From Octopus vulgaris (taxonomy: Eukaryota): a stretch of DNA of 64,000 nucleotides. A model generated the notes under the pieces. The model was not told where the DNA came from. It saw only the letters and a program-made list of their open reading frames with translations, and did not search any database. Numbering within the stretch: position 1 is the first letter of the stretch; each line of letters opens with the position of its first letter. The stretch is from contig OX597821.1 of the NCBI GenBank assembly GCA_951406725.2, positions 73,532,001-73,596,000 on the forward strand. Reading direction: 5' to 3'. A program made the position numbers and the translations under genes. Below are positions 39,529 through 52,578 of the stretch, piece by piece.

Positions 39529-40903
39529 GTATTCAGACACAGAATCATACAAACACACATACAGACACACAGACATACACGGACAGAAATGTACTCGTAC
39601 ACAAGCAGTAATACGCATTCACAAATACATACAAACAAACACTAGTAACCTCACACACACACGCACACACACACACACATATTAGAACACGCAGACAAAT
39701 GCACATGTATACACACATACACATATACACACATATATACAAAGACACATACGTACAGACACAGAAGCACACAAATACATACAAACGTACACACACGCAC
39801 ACACATACCCAGTCGTAAATTCTGTCTGCATTTGTCCGTGTAGGGTGGGGTCAGCAGATGGAGGGGTGAGGAGGGAGGGAACAATTATATGAATATCCTT
39901 CTTTCTCCTCCTCCTCCTCCTCCTCCTGATCCCACCACTACCTCCTCCTTTCTCGCAGCCCCTCCTTACTGATCCCTAAAGCACAAGGTTCATTACAGTT
40001 GCCCCTGGGGTCATAAAATTTCGTACCCACTGAAGGGGGGAAGAAGAGAAGGGTGAATGTGATGGTGGCGGTGGTGGATGGGTGGGTGGGTGATTGTGGT
40101 TAGGGTGGTGTTTGGTGATGGTGGTGGTGGTGGTGGTGGTAGTAGAGGACATTGTGGTGGGGATGATGGTGAAGGTGAGGGTTTGTGGTGGTGTTGTCGT
40201 TGGTAATGGCTCGTGGTGAAGGTGGTGGTGGTGGTGGTGGTGGTCAGTGGTAATAATGGGTAGTGTGGTAGTGGTGGTGGAGGTGGTGGTGAATGTTCTG
40301 TGATGGGAGTGGCGTTAGTGGAACCTGTGGTTGGTGTTAACGGGAGGGGAAGACACAAACACGGACCCGGATTCCCCCATTTCATCACCCCCCTATCATC
40401 TTATTATAATTGAGTTGCCTTCAGGTTTTTTTAATCTCGCCACCACCAACACCACTTAACACCACCACCAGATCTCCATCACCACTCCCTCCACCACCAC
40501 CCTATACATACATCTTCCTCCCACCACGACCCCCCCCTCTCATTCCCTGAAGGAGGAAGGACTAACCTTCGGGGCGTCCAGGCAATATTCTCCCTCTCCC
40601 TCTCTCTCTCTCATCCCTTTTTCTTTCTCCCTCTCACCCCCCCAGTCACTAAAAGAAATAATGAAAAGTAAAGCCTACCCCCCCTATTTCACTCGACAAT
40701 GACGACGACGGCTGACACAACAACAACAACAACAACAGCAACACACCAAGATAATGGTCACGGCTGTCTTTTATTCTGGACAAACTGACTTACTTTCTAT
40801 AGCCAACGCGATTAATTTATAATGTTGCGGAATTTGTAAAGATGCCGAAGGGCAAAGAAACGGTTGAATCGGTGGCTGGCTTCGCATGACAACAGAATAA
40901 GTA

Positions 40904-40946
<43 letters not shown>

Positions 40947-42327
40947 GTAATAATAATAACAGTAATAATAATAACAGTAATAATAATAATAATAATAATA
41001 TTTAAATGAATAAGTAAATAAATGAATAAATAAAAAGTGGGTAACGGGTCGCTGTCTCTTTGTGTACGTAGGACAACGTTTGTCCAATACCGCCTTCTAC
41101 TTGTATTTTTAAGATAGACGTGTGTAATTTCAGGGAATTTGACTGCTATTTCTAGGAGATCAAGTTTCCTGTTGTTGTCGATATTCGCCTCTGGTCAGTT
41201 ATGATGTTAGTTAGTTAGTTAATTTTTTGGCTCAAAAAGCAAAAAGCAAGGCCATGTAGAGATGTGTTCCTGTCGTGACCATCACGCCTTTTGTGTATAT
41301 CTAAAACTAAATGTATCCTTCTTTGTTGTTAGGCGTCAGGCTGTGATTCGCGACAATTTGGTTGCTATATCGAGTGGGCGCATAAAAACTTTTTCTCTTT
41401 CTGGTTCTTACAGTAAAAAAAAAAAACAAAACAAAAAGCAAAACAAAGCAAAAAACAAAAAGAACAAATGGTTCCTGAGACAGAGTTAAGCCTTGACGCT
41501 TTTTATGACGAAAGATTTAATTCAAATAGACTTCAGTTCATAGTTGAAGGTTTTTGAAGTCGTTCCTTGCAGAGTTTTGAAGCTAGACATAACTAAAAAC
41601 AGCATTTATATGCCATGGTCCCAGAAGACTCAAAGATAAAGACTAACCCAGTGAAATTTGAACTCAGAATGTAAAGGGCTGCAACGAAATACTTTTAATA
41701 TACGCACTAGAAACAGCCTTAGATTAAAATAAACTCATTCACATGGACTACTGTAATTTATGTAAGTTTATCTGAGACAGGATATAAATATGTATATACA
41801 CTGGTCTATTAATCTAAAGTTGTTTCAAGTGTATCTTAGTTTAATTCTAGTTTGGTTAATTTTCGCACACATCGGCATTTTTCAGCTTGGCTCAGAACAT
41901 CCGGAGTATTCGTCAGTGAGGAGACCAAATCATGTCGGAATACCGTGTTTGGCAATCCACCAACGTCCTGAGCAAAACCCTGTGTTCATTACGAACAAAA
42001 GTCTCTTCCGAGGCGCAATAGCACAGCTAGTGCCATTCGAGCTTTATATAAACCTTATGTTATATACGCTGGTACTGGAAAGGCTTAAAGGCTTTAACGT
42101 GCAAATTAAACGTTGTGGTTAAACGACGCTTTTTGATTCTGTGATCAGAAAAAGAGAAGGACTTCCTTAACTTCAACGTTTATTACCGTAAACACACACA
42201 CACACACACACACACGACGAAAGTATTTTTGTATCATCTGTTGTGCTACTATCCACTTTATTATTATCCGTCCTACGTTTGTTGTTGTTGTTGTTTCATC
42301 CTTTGGGAGGAACAGTTGTTTGTTCCT

Positions 42328-42472
42328 TCTCAAGCCACACCTGGCTCATAAGGGCCGGTTTCTCGGTTTCCTTGGCGTATAGGTTCCCCACCTGGACGGG
42401 ACGCTAGAAATCGAACTCACAATTGTTTGGTCATAAATCGAATGCTCTAACCATTAAGACACGCACCTTCAC
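42328..42472 (-). mobile_element. Internally deleted SINE with family C-type head
   Basis: AATCGAACTCAC...CTAACCATTAAGACACGCACCTTCAC head. Confidence 0.6.
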
Positions 42473-42616
42473 TCGGATATCTAATACCATGGCATTAAAT
42501 GAATGATTCATTTCTACCCGGATATAAAATTACAGCCGTTACTTGCCAGCGAATATGGCTTGGTAGCATGTACTGTGTTTTCCAGAAGGGTTTTAGGGGC
42601 CCATGTAGTCGTGAAC

Positions 42617-43078
42617 AAACAGATACATTATTTACATTTGACTGATATTTGTCATCTTGTTTGTTGTTAACGTTTCGGCTGATATACCCTCCAGCCTTCA
42701 TCAGGTGTTTTGGGGGAAATTTCGAACCTGGGTTCCCCTTTCTAAGGTATTTTTCGATCTTATTATTATTATCATTCAGGTCACTGCCTGGAATCGAACT
42801 CGGAATCTTGGGGTTTGTAGCCCGCGCTTTTTAACTACTATGCCATATATCCGAGTTCCGAGTTAGATTCCAGGCAGTGATCTGAATAATGATAATATCG
42901 AAAAATACCTTAGGAATGAGAACCCAGGTTCCAAATTTCCCCAAGACACCTGGTGAAAGCTGGATGGTATGTCAGCCGAAACGTTATGTAAACAACAAAC
43001 AAGACGAGGACAAATATCGTCAAATGTAAACAATGTAAATAATGTAAATAATTCCTCATCTCTTAAAACAGATACATT
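42617..43078. mobile_element. Head-to-head inverted dimer of the tRNA-headed hammerhead element with a 13-bp flanking direct repeat
   Basis: Minus copy about 42630-42848, plus 5'-truncated copy about 42856-43065; AAACAGATACATT at 42617-42629 and 43066-43078; hammerhead motifs at 42665-42709 (-) and 42945-42989 (+). Confidence 0.8.
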
Positions 43079-44338
43079 TTTGGCCCTTACATCTTCGACT
43101 CAACGCAATGTCCAGGATGTGAATGTGACAATTGGAGGGAAAGAGGATTATATCAGCGTTGGTTACTTTGTTTATCGACCCAGAATGGGTGAAAAGCAAA
43201 ATGGATCTCGACAGAATTTGAACTCAAAGCGTTGAGAGCCGGAAGAGATATCACAACGTATTTCATCCGGCGTTCTAACGACATGGTCAATCGCCCCCAC
43301 CCCGTCCGAGTGATATCAATTTATTTCGAATAAGATTCCCTGAGGATTTGGAAGGAGACCACGGGGCATCGGATCAACTGGATACTGGTCAAAGACAGAG
43401 ACAAAGGTAAATGGCTAACCACACTCACACACACGTAGAGAGAGAGAGAGAGGATGTGTGAGAGAGAGAGAGAGGATGTGAGAGAGAGAGGATGTGAGAG
43501 AGAGAGGATGTGAGAGAGATGATAAAGTAGATACCTAGCTAAAGACAATGAGACAGAAAAAGAAAGGATGAGAGACAGAGTGAGGGGGAGAGAGAGGTGA
43601 GTCCGTGAAAAAAGGTTAGAATAAAGGGTAGAGAGGGGGAGAGAAGCGATGAAGGGAAAGAGGGGCGGGAATTAGGAAGACAGAGACAGAAAGACGAAGA
43701 ATTAATTTAAGAAAATCAACACACGCGATGTAAGTTAATTAATGCTAAATTGTCCTTTGACTATAGCTTCGATATTGGTTAGATATAAAAAAAATTTAAA
43801 AAAAGTGACACCCTTCTTAAAAACCCCCAAAGAACCCCCACCCCCATTTCTTTACAAAAATAAATAACAACAAATTTATGCCGAAATATTAAGATACTGC
43901 GAGTGAGAGGTGTGAACCTTAGAAAAATAAAGAAATAAAATATATAAATAAAATTTTTTTAAATTCAGTAAAAAATTGGACAAAATTGACCGAATTGGGA
44001 TGATCCTAGAAGACACACGTCCACTTGTCCCTCCTCCCACGAAACGAAAGAATTATTTCATTAATCGATTATTTCAATCGATTTTTTTCTTCATTTTCGT
44101 TATTGATTTTTGTCCTCTTTCGAACTGTCTCTTTACAAAACACAAGGAATCAGCATAAAATAAATACAAAACCAAAACGACACGAAGTGTAAAACTACTA
44201 CTACTACCACCACCACCATCACTCCTCCCCCTACTACACTAACAATGCCAACATAAGCAACCGCAACAGTGAAAGTCGGGCAACGAGTTGGAAGGACGAA
44301 ATACGAAAGAAGCAAATGCTAACTGTTCACCTAGATTG

Positions 44339-44385
<47 letters not shown>

Positions 44386-44940
44386 GAGTGAGAGAGCAGT
44401 GCATGCCATCAAAGTGACACTGGGGTAAAATATACGAAGCCCAGTATACCCATCATGACTACCCGTCTGATAAGGGTACACTAGGCACATGCATCACAAT
44501 CATGTGTGCGCGACATGGTGATCTCATATCAAGATAAACAGCACATGACCTTGCAGGTGAGGCCCGGTTACAATATTCTTCTGGTCGAGTAGCCCATCCC
44601 GCTCAAAAGGTGCCTGAATAAGGGTTGTTTAAGGATTATGAACAAAACACCCATGTTTCCAGAGGTGAATTATCCAAACCCCAAAGAATCCCTCTCAACA
44701 CATGGCTATGATGCTCCCCAACTACTTCTGCTTGTGATCAGAGATGCACATATCACCAGCCACTAAGGGACATTCTCAACTGGTTATGGTAAAACAACCG
44801 ACAAGCAAATCTGTAGTATTGAGCAGGATATTTGCTGTAGCCCATCTTTTATACGAAGACAAAACAACGTGCATGATAACACTTCGAATCAGTTAAGATC
44901 AGAAGCCATGAGAGCCACTGCTTGGTACTGCATGAGAGCG
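44386..44940. repeat. Unclassified interspersed repeat adjoining (ATT)n
   Basis: Complex ~550-bp block bounded by ATT/GTT microsatellites; single copy in this window, classification is inference. Confidence 0.35.
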
Positions 44941-44958
44941 TTGTTGTTATTATTATTG

Positions 44959-45397
44959 AGGCGACGAGCTGGCAAACTCGTTAACACGCCGGGCAAACTG
45001 ATGAGCAGCATTCCGTCCGTCTTTGCGTTCTGAGTTCAAATTTCGCCGAGGTCGACTTTACCTTTCATCCTTTCGGGGTCGATAAATTAATTACCATTGA
45101 AACATAGGGGTCAATGTAATCGACTCAGCCCCTCCCCCAAAATACTCTCTTTGTGGCAAAATTTGAAACCATTATTAATATTATTATTGTGGTGAGCTGG
45201 CAGAATCGTTAACATATCGGGCAAACTGCTTAGCAGTATTTCGTCCGTCTTTACGTTCTGAGTTCAAACGCCACCGAGATTTGCCTTTCATCCTTTCGGG
45301 GTCGATTATTTAAGTACCAGTAAATCAATGGGGTCGATGTAATCGATCTACCTCGAAACACCCGAAATTGTCGGCCATGTACCAAAATTTGAAACCA
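44959..45397 (+). mobile_element. Two adjacent SINE family A copies (alternative tail)
   Basis: GAGCTGGCA..TCGTTAAC heads; tails ending AAAATTTGAAACCATTATTA. Confidence 0.85.
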
Positions 45398-45599
45398 TTA
45401 TTATTTGTGTTAGAATTACTTTGTCATGCAATGTTGATGACAAATGACAAAATACTCCGATGCATTTTCCAAGTCACAGCAAGAGCCTCAGACAGAGTTT
45501 TGTAAATATAAATTTTTTTAAATTGTAAGTAAAAAATTATATCGTAAGAAATGAAAAAGTAAAAAGGCAAAAATAGACAATGGAAGTTCTGAAGAATCT

Positions 45600-47520
45600 T
45601 ATTGGTGAATGTATTGCCTTATTGCGGTGGCGTTGTGTTTTGTAAGAGTGTGAATACGTTTTCGTGAAATGTTACTCTGAAATGCTTTTTGTAAAGCGCT
45701 TGCTTTTGTTGGTGATGGTCGTGAATAAATGTTTGAATTGAAGTCCCCTGTTGTTGAAAATTGCCCTAAGATGCTCTTCTCGTCAACACTGAGATTGCTT
45801 CACAATTTTTATTTATTAGTGCTTAATCTTTAGTCAAAATGTTAAATTTTCTCCGTAGAATTGATAGCCATTGGATAAGTTGCTGCGTTTTGTAACATTT
45901 TGGTGACTGACAATTTTTTTTATTTTGCATGATTTTTAATATGTGGCAAATGATGTAGTATTCCTTGATTCTAGATGCCGAAAACAGAATAAGTGTTGTA
46001 CTAAGCGGGTTTTAAATGGATTGTCTGTAATATCGTTATAGTCATGCGTATATCATTAGCTCAAGAGACTTTGCTTCGTCATATCAATGTTTATAACGAC
46101 ACATTCCATTGAAGGCGAAGAAGTAGTGATATAATGATTGTGCAATGAGAAAGAACCAGATTTATTTAGGCTTGTATTTGCATTTGTACGAATTCTTCTG
46201 CTGATCGTTGACAAATAGCGAGATTTTCTATGCAACTATAGCTAACTTTTATAGAATGTTTTTTAAAGACTCTGTGCTATCCTTGTGCGTTAAGAAAATG
46301 CTTCTGTATTACACTTCAGAAAGCAATTCATAATCGTGTGCGTACTATTGTTATGTTGTATGCATTGTATTTTGTCTGTAAAGCTATTCTCAGCGAAAGC
46401 ATCGTAAAAATAAGAAAAGCTTTTGAAGAACTCTTCATAAAACAAGATGTCTTCTACTGTCTTAATTTTTAGACATTGGAAAGGTGATTATATAGTTTAT
46501 ATACAGGAGCTTTCTATTGTGCTTTATGAAGGTGAGATACCCGATTGATTTTAGGTTTAAATTAATATCTGAGATGTTCATTTTAATATTAGTAATTACT
46601 GGGGTTTTAAAATTAAGTTCTCTAAACAATTCAGTTTGGTATTTTATTGAAAGAGGTTGTAAAAGAGACTTCATATGATCTGAGAATGGTCTCTTACGTC
46701 GAGAGAGGTTCCTGTTGACGTCCAAGTGTAGGCGTCAAACAAGATTGATCGATGGTCCTTTACTCAGACGAACAAGAAAATATCACTGTAAAAATTATGT
46801 GACAGCCTTTGGAAACTAATCCAAAGCTACGAGACAGTTTCGACTGGACTAAATCAATCCGTGACCCATGAAAGTTTGATGTACAGGCAAACTTCTCAAC
46901 TGTAGAAGTTGTCCTAGATGAATCTTCAGAAAACTTCGAACGTTTGTTCGGGTCTGAAACAATAAGTGAAGACGAATGCTGTCCAGTCGAACTATCTACT
47001 CGAAGTAAATTATCCAATCTATTCGCTGACTCGAAGCAGAGACCTCAGATAACTTAACCAGGCTCTGGATAAGTCCTGTGATATTTTCTGACCTTCACGG
47101 TTCTGAATTGCGAACCCAATGACATTGTCCTGTTTAAATGTACCTCTCGTACCATTCCGTATTTCTTCAGAATAATATGAACTTTCTTGAGTTCATAGCA
47201 CTCCGACTGTATGGCGGGCTTTTAAATTAAACAGAATATTCTTCAACAATTTAACTTCTGAAGCAGAAGTTAAAAAATTTCTGCCAAAGAAATTAAATCT
47301 GCTGTAAATGACAGGACCGAGGCCTGGAATGTGTGAAGTGTCCTGATTGGTGATAGGGGACAATTCTCTTGTAGGGAACATATACATGGTATTTAATTTT
47401 GCATTTTATTTGGTTTATATATTTTATTACTCCATTTGATGTAAAACTCCTACAATTTTTTTGTAAATTTCTCCTTGTAATGTCGTATATTCGTTGTCCT
47501 TGCGGCAATAAACAAATCAT
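45600..47520 (-). pseudogene. Penelope-like (Neptune-type) retroelement relic: RT C-terminus + GIY-YIG endonuclease
   Basis: Minus translations FRELNFKTPVITNIKMNISDINLNLKSIGYLTFIKHNRKLLYIN (cf. FxxxGLKITIExNxKxVDFLDVTLNL...KPN.xPLYI), IKVSYSCIENL (cf. VKVSYSCMPN), YNDITDNPFKTRLVQHLFCFRH (cf. YIGxTxxxFKxRxxxHxxSF). The part above 46750 is less certain. Confidence 0.75.
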
Positions 47521-48476
47521 TAAATGTCTTTTTAAAAATATATTTTAACATTTTTTGTTTTGTTTCAAATGTTTTCGGTTTGTTGTAGACAGTTGTCCCA
47601 GCTTGCAATACTGAATTATGGTAGTCAATTCAAAAGAAGAATGGTCGGAATTGTACAATAAATCTTCGCAAAAGACAGAAAATTTATGATGAAGTCTTAT
47701 CCACCACGTTCTACTAAAATTCATCTTGGAATCTGCTGCTGTTGAAAAAAAAAAAAAGGATAAAATTTGATCTTGTTTTCTCTCATCAACACCAAAGTAG
47801 TCGCCTCTCATCATCATCATCATCAACAACAATACCACCGCAACTCCCCCCCACTATCACAATAACGAAGATGATTATGATGATGATAATTATGATCCGC
47901 CTAACCGTCATCGCCTTTCTTTCTTTCTCACTTTCTTTCTTTCTTTCTTTCTTTCTATTGAAAGATTGAATTAGAAATAATGTCGACCAGACTCATGAAT
48001 AATAATCAATTTTAGAAACATTCTTTAAAATATTCATTTTGACATGTTTGTCTTATTTTTGTTGTTGTTGTTCTTTTCTAGAAATGCTTTTTTTTGTGTG
48101 TGTGTTTATATATTCAAGACATCATTTTTAGCCAATATTTTCTCCTTATTTCTTTCAGTTATTTTTTCTTTTTTTTTTTGCAATAATTTTAAAATTTCGA
48201 CACTACACTTCTTCTCATTTTTCACTTCCTGTGCGTGCGTACACACACACACTTTTGTGTCAGTGTTTATCTATGTGTGCAAGGAAGAATAAAACGAAAG
48301 ATTTCTTTATAGTTAAGGCCACGGATTCAAAATAAATTTATAATTTCTCGGAAGAGTTGAAATTTTCTTGCTAAAGAATTAGAGTAGTTTAAAAAAATAA
48401 ATAAAAAAAGACATAAAAAGGAAAAACAAAGCAAAAAATAAGTAAACAAAAAAGATAGCGATGTAAATTTCTCCAA

Positions 48477-48519
<43 letters not shown>

Positions 48520-49018
48520 CAAAGACAGCAAAATAAACAAGATATTCAGTGTTCGAAGTAAGACTAAAAGAATATCCACGTCACCTCCCACCGCCAATTA
48601 AAAATAAGTAATATCGGGAAGTTAGTCACCTCGCACTTCTCCTCCCACTTACAAATAAACCAAAAGAAAATGACAATAATTCACAAAACGACCAAATGCA
48701 AACTCAGTGCATGAATATATGTGTAGGTGTATGTGTGTGTGTGTGTGTGTGTGTAAGGAAGAGAGAGAAAGAGAGGGTTAGCCATCATTTTCTTCTTAAT
48801 TTGTCATTATTGTTTATTTTAAATATACCAGTTGATATTAGTGTGTCTACATACATATATACATACATACATACACATATTTTCAAACGTACACATACAT
48901 ATGCATGCACACACACAAAAACACACACGAGAGTGCGTAGCCTACATACATATATACATTCATAGAAACATTCATAAAACATACAGATATTTTCACACAT
49001 GTACATACATGCATGTAT

Positions 49019-49072
<54 letters not shown>

Positions 49073-49073
49073 G

Positions 49074-49443
49074 AGGGTGCGTAGCCTAGTGTTTAGGCTG
49101 TTGCTCGCGGGATCATGGTTTCGATTCCTGGACTGGGCGATGCATGGTGTTCTTGAGCAAAAACACTTCAACGGACGAGGCTCTTCCATCACTTCGATAT
49201 CCGATCACTTCCAATACTATGCAGCTATACAGGCAATATCGATCTGACGGAGGGAGGGAGCCTGCTAATGTACGGCTGAATTACAAACACTTCATCACTA
49301 TAAACGTATCATGAGTGCAGGTTGTTCACCTTGAAGTCGGACTGGAAAGGTTACCAGGAAGAACACATACACACACACACACACGCTAATTCTACTTGAG
49401 GATTGTGTTAAAGGTACGTGTCCGTGGAATACTCAGTCACTTG
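49074..49443 (+). mobile_element. SINE family C-related, degenerate
   Basis: TAGCCTAGTG A-box-like, GTTTCGATTCC, GTGTTCTTGAGCAAAAACACTT; tail GTGTCCGTGGAATACTCAGTCACTTG. Confidence 0.7.
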
Positions 49444-50951
49444 TCAAATTCATTCAATAATTTGGGTTCGTATGCTCATGCATACGGAAAGAAATTATAT
49501 ATATATATATATTGAGTAAAACGAAAGCAAGTCCCACTCACCACGATGTTAAGAGTTGCATATATATTTTTTTATGTAAGTTGTATCCGGTCCATATGAC
49601 TTAAAGCTTCGTAGGCGCATATGATACTCCCATCCCATCAGATACTAGGAGCAGAGTAGGAGTTTTGAGAGAAATTCAAAATGGCTGAGTGTTACGCGTT
49701 TGTTGGTCAGCTCAGATCACTTGGTGTTAATACTCTCAAAGTGACACCAGCCATTTATATTTTTAGGCTCACGATTTCGACGCATGACCGTCCAATTATT
49801 CGACGAGCCCCACTCATTGACTTTGCTTGACAAGTGGCTTTCCAACGACGGAGTATTTTTCAGTTTCCTAACCGGTTATACAAACCGCTTTTCCGTATGA
49901 TAGTAGGAAGGGGAGTGAATGTAACTTATGCTCTTCAGAAGTGTTTCAAATTTTGAACTGCAGGTCAGGTTTAATAAACAAACACAAGGAACTAATTTTC
50001 AGATGGAATCATGAATTTGGTAAAACTTTCCTTAAATATTGTTCTTCCATTCAGCAGTTTGGATAACGGAATTCTACTACTGCTCGGAGTACATTGCTGT
50101 TTCATTTCTTGAAGTATTTGGCTCCCTTATTTGGGGTTCATATTCATAAGGACGAATATTATTGTAATATCATTTCGCCCCTACCTTCTGACGGCTTTTA
50201 AAAAAGATTTTTGTATGAAGTCATTTCTAAGAACTTTTCTTCGATTCGTTCTGTTACACGCTGTAAATTCTGACCTTTTTGCTGTTCTTAAATATACCGA
50301 AGACTGACAGTGATGTACAAAGTTTATCCTTATGTTGTGGTCGTTTACCATCTCATTTCACTGATAAGCAATTACTTTGGTAACTCTCATCGTTCTCTTT
50401 AACAAAATGTGCGGTCCATGTCAGCCTGTGGCGATATATATATATACATATATATATATAACTCTCTACACTGTACCAGCTTTCACTTTCTCTTCAATAT
50501 CAGAGTTCAAACTATCCATTAATGACCCTTGTTATAATAACCGAGTTACATTGTCCGATGTAGTCCGGCTCCAGTATATCGAAATTTTATGTGATGCACT
50601 ATTTCGAGCCATTTTCTTGCCTCAACCTCAGTTTTGAGGAGGAACAGACACATACTTCTGTATGTCCTATCTTATCAATGCAGATCACGTAATGACATAT
50701 TTAGAACTTCTCTTAACAGTTCTTTTTTGAAGGTTCATGCATAGAAGACCTTGTTCATCCTTGTATAAATTCCTCAGGCAAGGAAGCACTATATTTGTGA
50801 CATGCTGCTACCATAGCTTTTATGTTGACAGGATTCAACTTGGGCTTAAAACTGCCTTTTCGTTTGAACTGCTAACAAACTTGTTCTTATACGTTTTATT
50901 ATCATACATGTTTGCGTTTACTACTACTATTAATTACTATGGTTCTTTCTA

Positions 50952-51130
50952 ATTTTGGCACATGGCCAAATAGCCTGAGGGGAGGGTGAAGTCAATCACA
51001 TGGACCCAGTGCTTAGTTAGTACTGACTTTATCAACCCCGACAGGATAAAAAGCAAAGCCGACCTCAGGATATAAAGAGCGAGAAGAAATGCCACTAAGA
51101 ATTTTTTTCTAGCTTTGCTAAAAATTCTTC
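50952..51130 (-). mobile_element. SINE family A, degenerate (more at 53435-53612 and 53660-53750)
   Basis: TTTATCAACCCCGACAGGATAAAAAGCAAAGCCGACCTC. Confidence 0.7.
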
Positions 51131-52508
51131 CATCTCGGATATGGAGTCCTTTGCGCCTTTCAAAGCACATTAAGTGTTTTAACAAAGCAAAGTAGCTTTC
51201 ACCAGAAATCGAAACCGGTTCGAGAACTGAGATCACCCGGATGGCACGACTTATACAGAAACCCCATGGTTGCATTTGAGTTTCCTTCTTTTTTAACCAG
51301 AGAAACAGGAAATAGGTGGCATTCATGCATTTCTACAATGCCATTTAAATATTATTGACATACGAACTAAAATGGCGTCGAGTGCTAATTGAAAACCAAA
51401 CTCCAGCGCCATCTGGCTGTGAGTTTGTTCTTTTTATTCTATGGCACTTTCCACTGATATATTCTTGTATTGACCAACGATTAGAAATTATTTCCCAACG
51501 AAATAACAACAAAAGACAAATAAATGAAAAAAAAACCCATGTCTTCTCTGTTAGGTATAATAGGCTTTCATTCTGTTTGTCTTAACTCGTTGGGCAGCTG
51601 TGTGCCATGTAACGGGGTGTGTTGTCTGCCGTCAGACATGATGGATGAATGAAACCTGTAGTAGTAGGTTGTTAAAAGAAACAGCTTGCATAAAATATAT
51701 AGATTTGTCTATGTCTCAGTCAGCAGATCTGTAGGTCTTTCTCTCTCGCTTTCTCTCTGTTTCGCTGGTGTCATATCAACAAGATATACAAATTAAAGAA
51801 AATGTTAGAGCTGCTGAAGGTGTTTGCATTACAGATCCTTGTGGAGTTCAACCATCTCCTGCCAGGCGATAGTGATGAAGTGCTGAAGAAGACACGCGCT
51901 GGTCATTTTCTCCCCTCGGACCAACAATAGCGTGTCCTAAACTCTTTTGCTTTTCGTGTCCAATAAAGCCGACAAACTCAACACAAAATCCTAATTCAAA
52001 TGAAATATTCAGACGAAATATCGAAGGGTTTGTAAAGTGAGAGATGCGATAACAACAAGAGATCGTTTTACTGACATATTGCTGCATCAATTATAACGAA
52101 GAATTTTCTAGAGATTTTTTTTATATTGGTTGTTTGGTTGGAAATGTGTGTGTGTATTTATGTAGGCGGTGTTACTGAAAACGAACTGAAACAATTTGTG
52201 TTGAGATAAAAACGGAATATGTATAAAAAAAAGTAAAATAAAAAGCAGGAGTTTGAATTTAAGGAAATGAAAGTGAAAGTAGAAGAGGATGGAAGGGATG
52301 GGAGCGTAGACAAAAAGGGAACAGTGGACTTGGAAGTGAAAAATGGTTGATTGTGAGATCGTTTCTAAGTGAAAGATTGAAACGTTAAGAAAAGACGTGT
52401 GAGTTGCATGACACTAGTGAAGGCGATAATAAAACAGAAGCAAAAACAACAAAAAAAACACGAATATTACAAATTATTATTATTGTTACAACTTATTATT
52501 ATTATTAC

Positions 52509-52578
<70 letters not shown>

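Noticed and set aside
40011-40388. Pro/Thr/His-rich ORF resembling a transcription-factor low-complexity region
   Set aside because: Explained by (CCA)n repeats; no adjacent domain or splice evidence
49950-50900. Possible decayed non-LTR RT on minus (also 36950-37700 and 23630-24150 on plus)
   Set aside because: Only vague resemblance; no motif could be read with confidence without a translated search
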